This document shows, one piece after another, positions 15,542 to 15,689 of a stretch of 15,689 bases of DNA. The DNA comes from Chthoniobacteraceae bacterium. Lineage in GTDB: Bacteria; Verrucomicrobiota; Verrucomicrobiia; Chthoniobacterales; Chthoniobacteraceae. The notes beneath the pieces were generated by a model. The model did no database searches and was not told where the DNA came from. It saw only the letters and a program-made list of their open reading frames with translations. The first letter of the stretch is position 1. Every line of letters begins with the position of its first letter. The DNA is taken from NCBI GenBank assembly GCA_031409655.1, contig JANNXQ010000167.1, positions 1-15,689 on the forward strand, in the 5' to 3' direction. The position numbers were made by a program, and so were the translations under genes.

Positions 15542-15589
15542 GACGGGAAGAACTGCCGAAACGGCGCAGGCGACAAGCGCAATTTCCGC

Positions 15590-15617
15590 CGCTGGGAGCG
15601 CCGCCCTGCCCGGCGGC
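15590..15617 (+). repeat. Left arm of a third GGAG-tagged REP-like element at the window end
   Basis: CGCTGGGAGCGCCGCC (15590-15605) is identical to 6101-6116 and continues into the hairpin GCCGCC-N6-GGCGGC. No right arm is readable. Confidence 0.6.
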
Positions 15618-15652
15618 CAAGCGGTTGAGGGCGGGCCGGGCGCCGTTTTGTT

Positions 15653-15689
15653 GGGGGGGGGGGGCGGCGGGGGGGGGTTGGGGGGCGGG
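15653..15689. other. Low-complexity poly-G tail, probably a sequencing or assembly artifact
   Basis: Nearly pure G runs at the extreme end of the window, just after a GC-rich hairpin. Confidence 0.7.

Noticed and set aside
15653..15689. G-quadruplex or phase-variable poly-G tract
   Set aside because: It lies at the extreme end of the window right after a GC hairpin, typical of read-quality collapse or two-colour poly-G artifacts; it cannot be trusted without raw reads.

Overview
GC-rich bacterial DNA, most likely Verrucomicrobiota/PVC group (inferred from gene content, C-rich SD-less start regions and repeat types). It holds about 13 CDS. From the right, a minus-strand block runs: C26 gamma-glutamyl hydrolase, transglutaminase-like protein, carA, FHA membrane protein, CBM9-like protein. 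A plus-strand block runs: PA0069-family radical SAM, AsmA/TamB-like protein, site-2 protease with CBS domains. A minus-strand terpene-cyclase block runs: prenyltransferase/squalene-oxidase-repeat protein, DCC1-like oxidoreductase, squalene-hopene-cyclase-like protein, LarA/DUF2088-like protein, and a truncated PVC-type secreted beta-propeller protein missing from the ORF track. The most striking signal is repeat DNA inside proteins. A 160-bp GGAG-tagged REP doublet (REPIN-like, 56-bp arms with compensatory hairpin changes) lies in frame inside the cyclase gene. A 30-bp heptamer array (CTCTCAA)n lies in frame inside the prenyltransferase-like gene of the same block. Related REP elements sit in the divergent promoter region and at the right end, where the sequence decays into poly-G. 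All family assignments come from motif recognition, not database searches.
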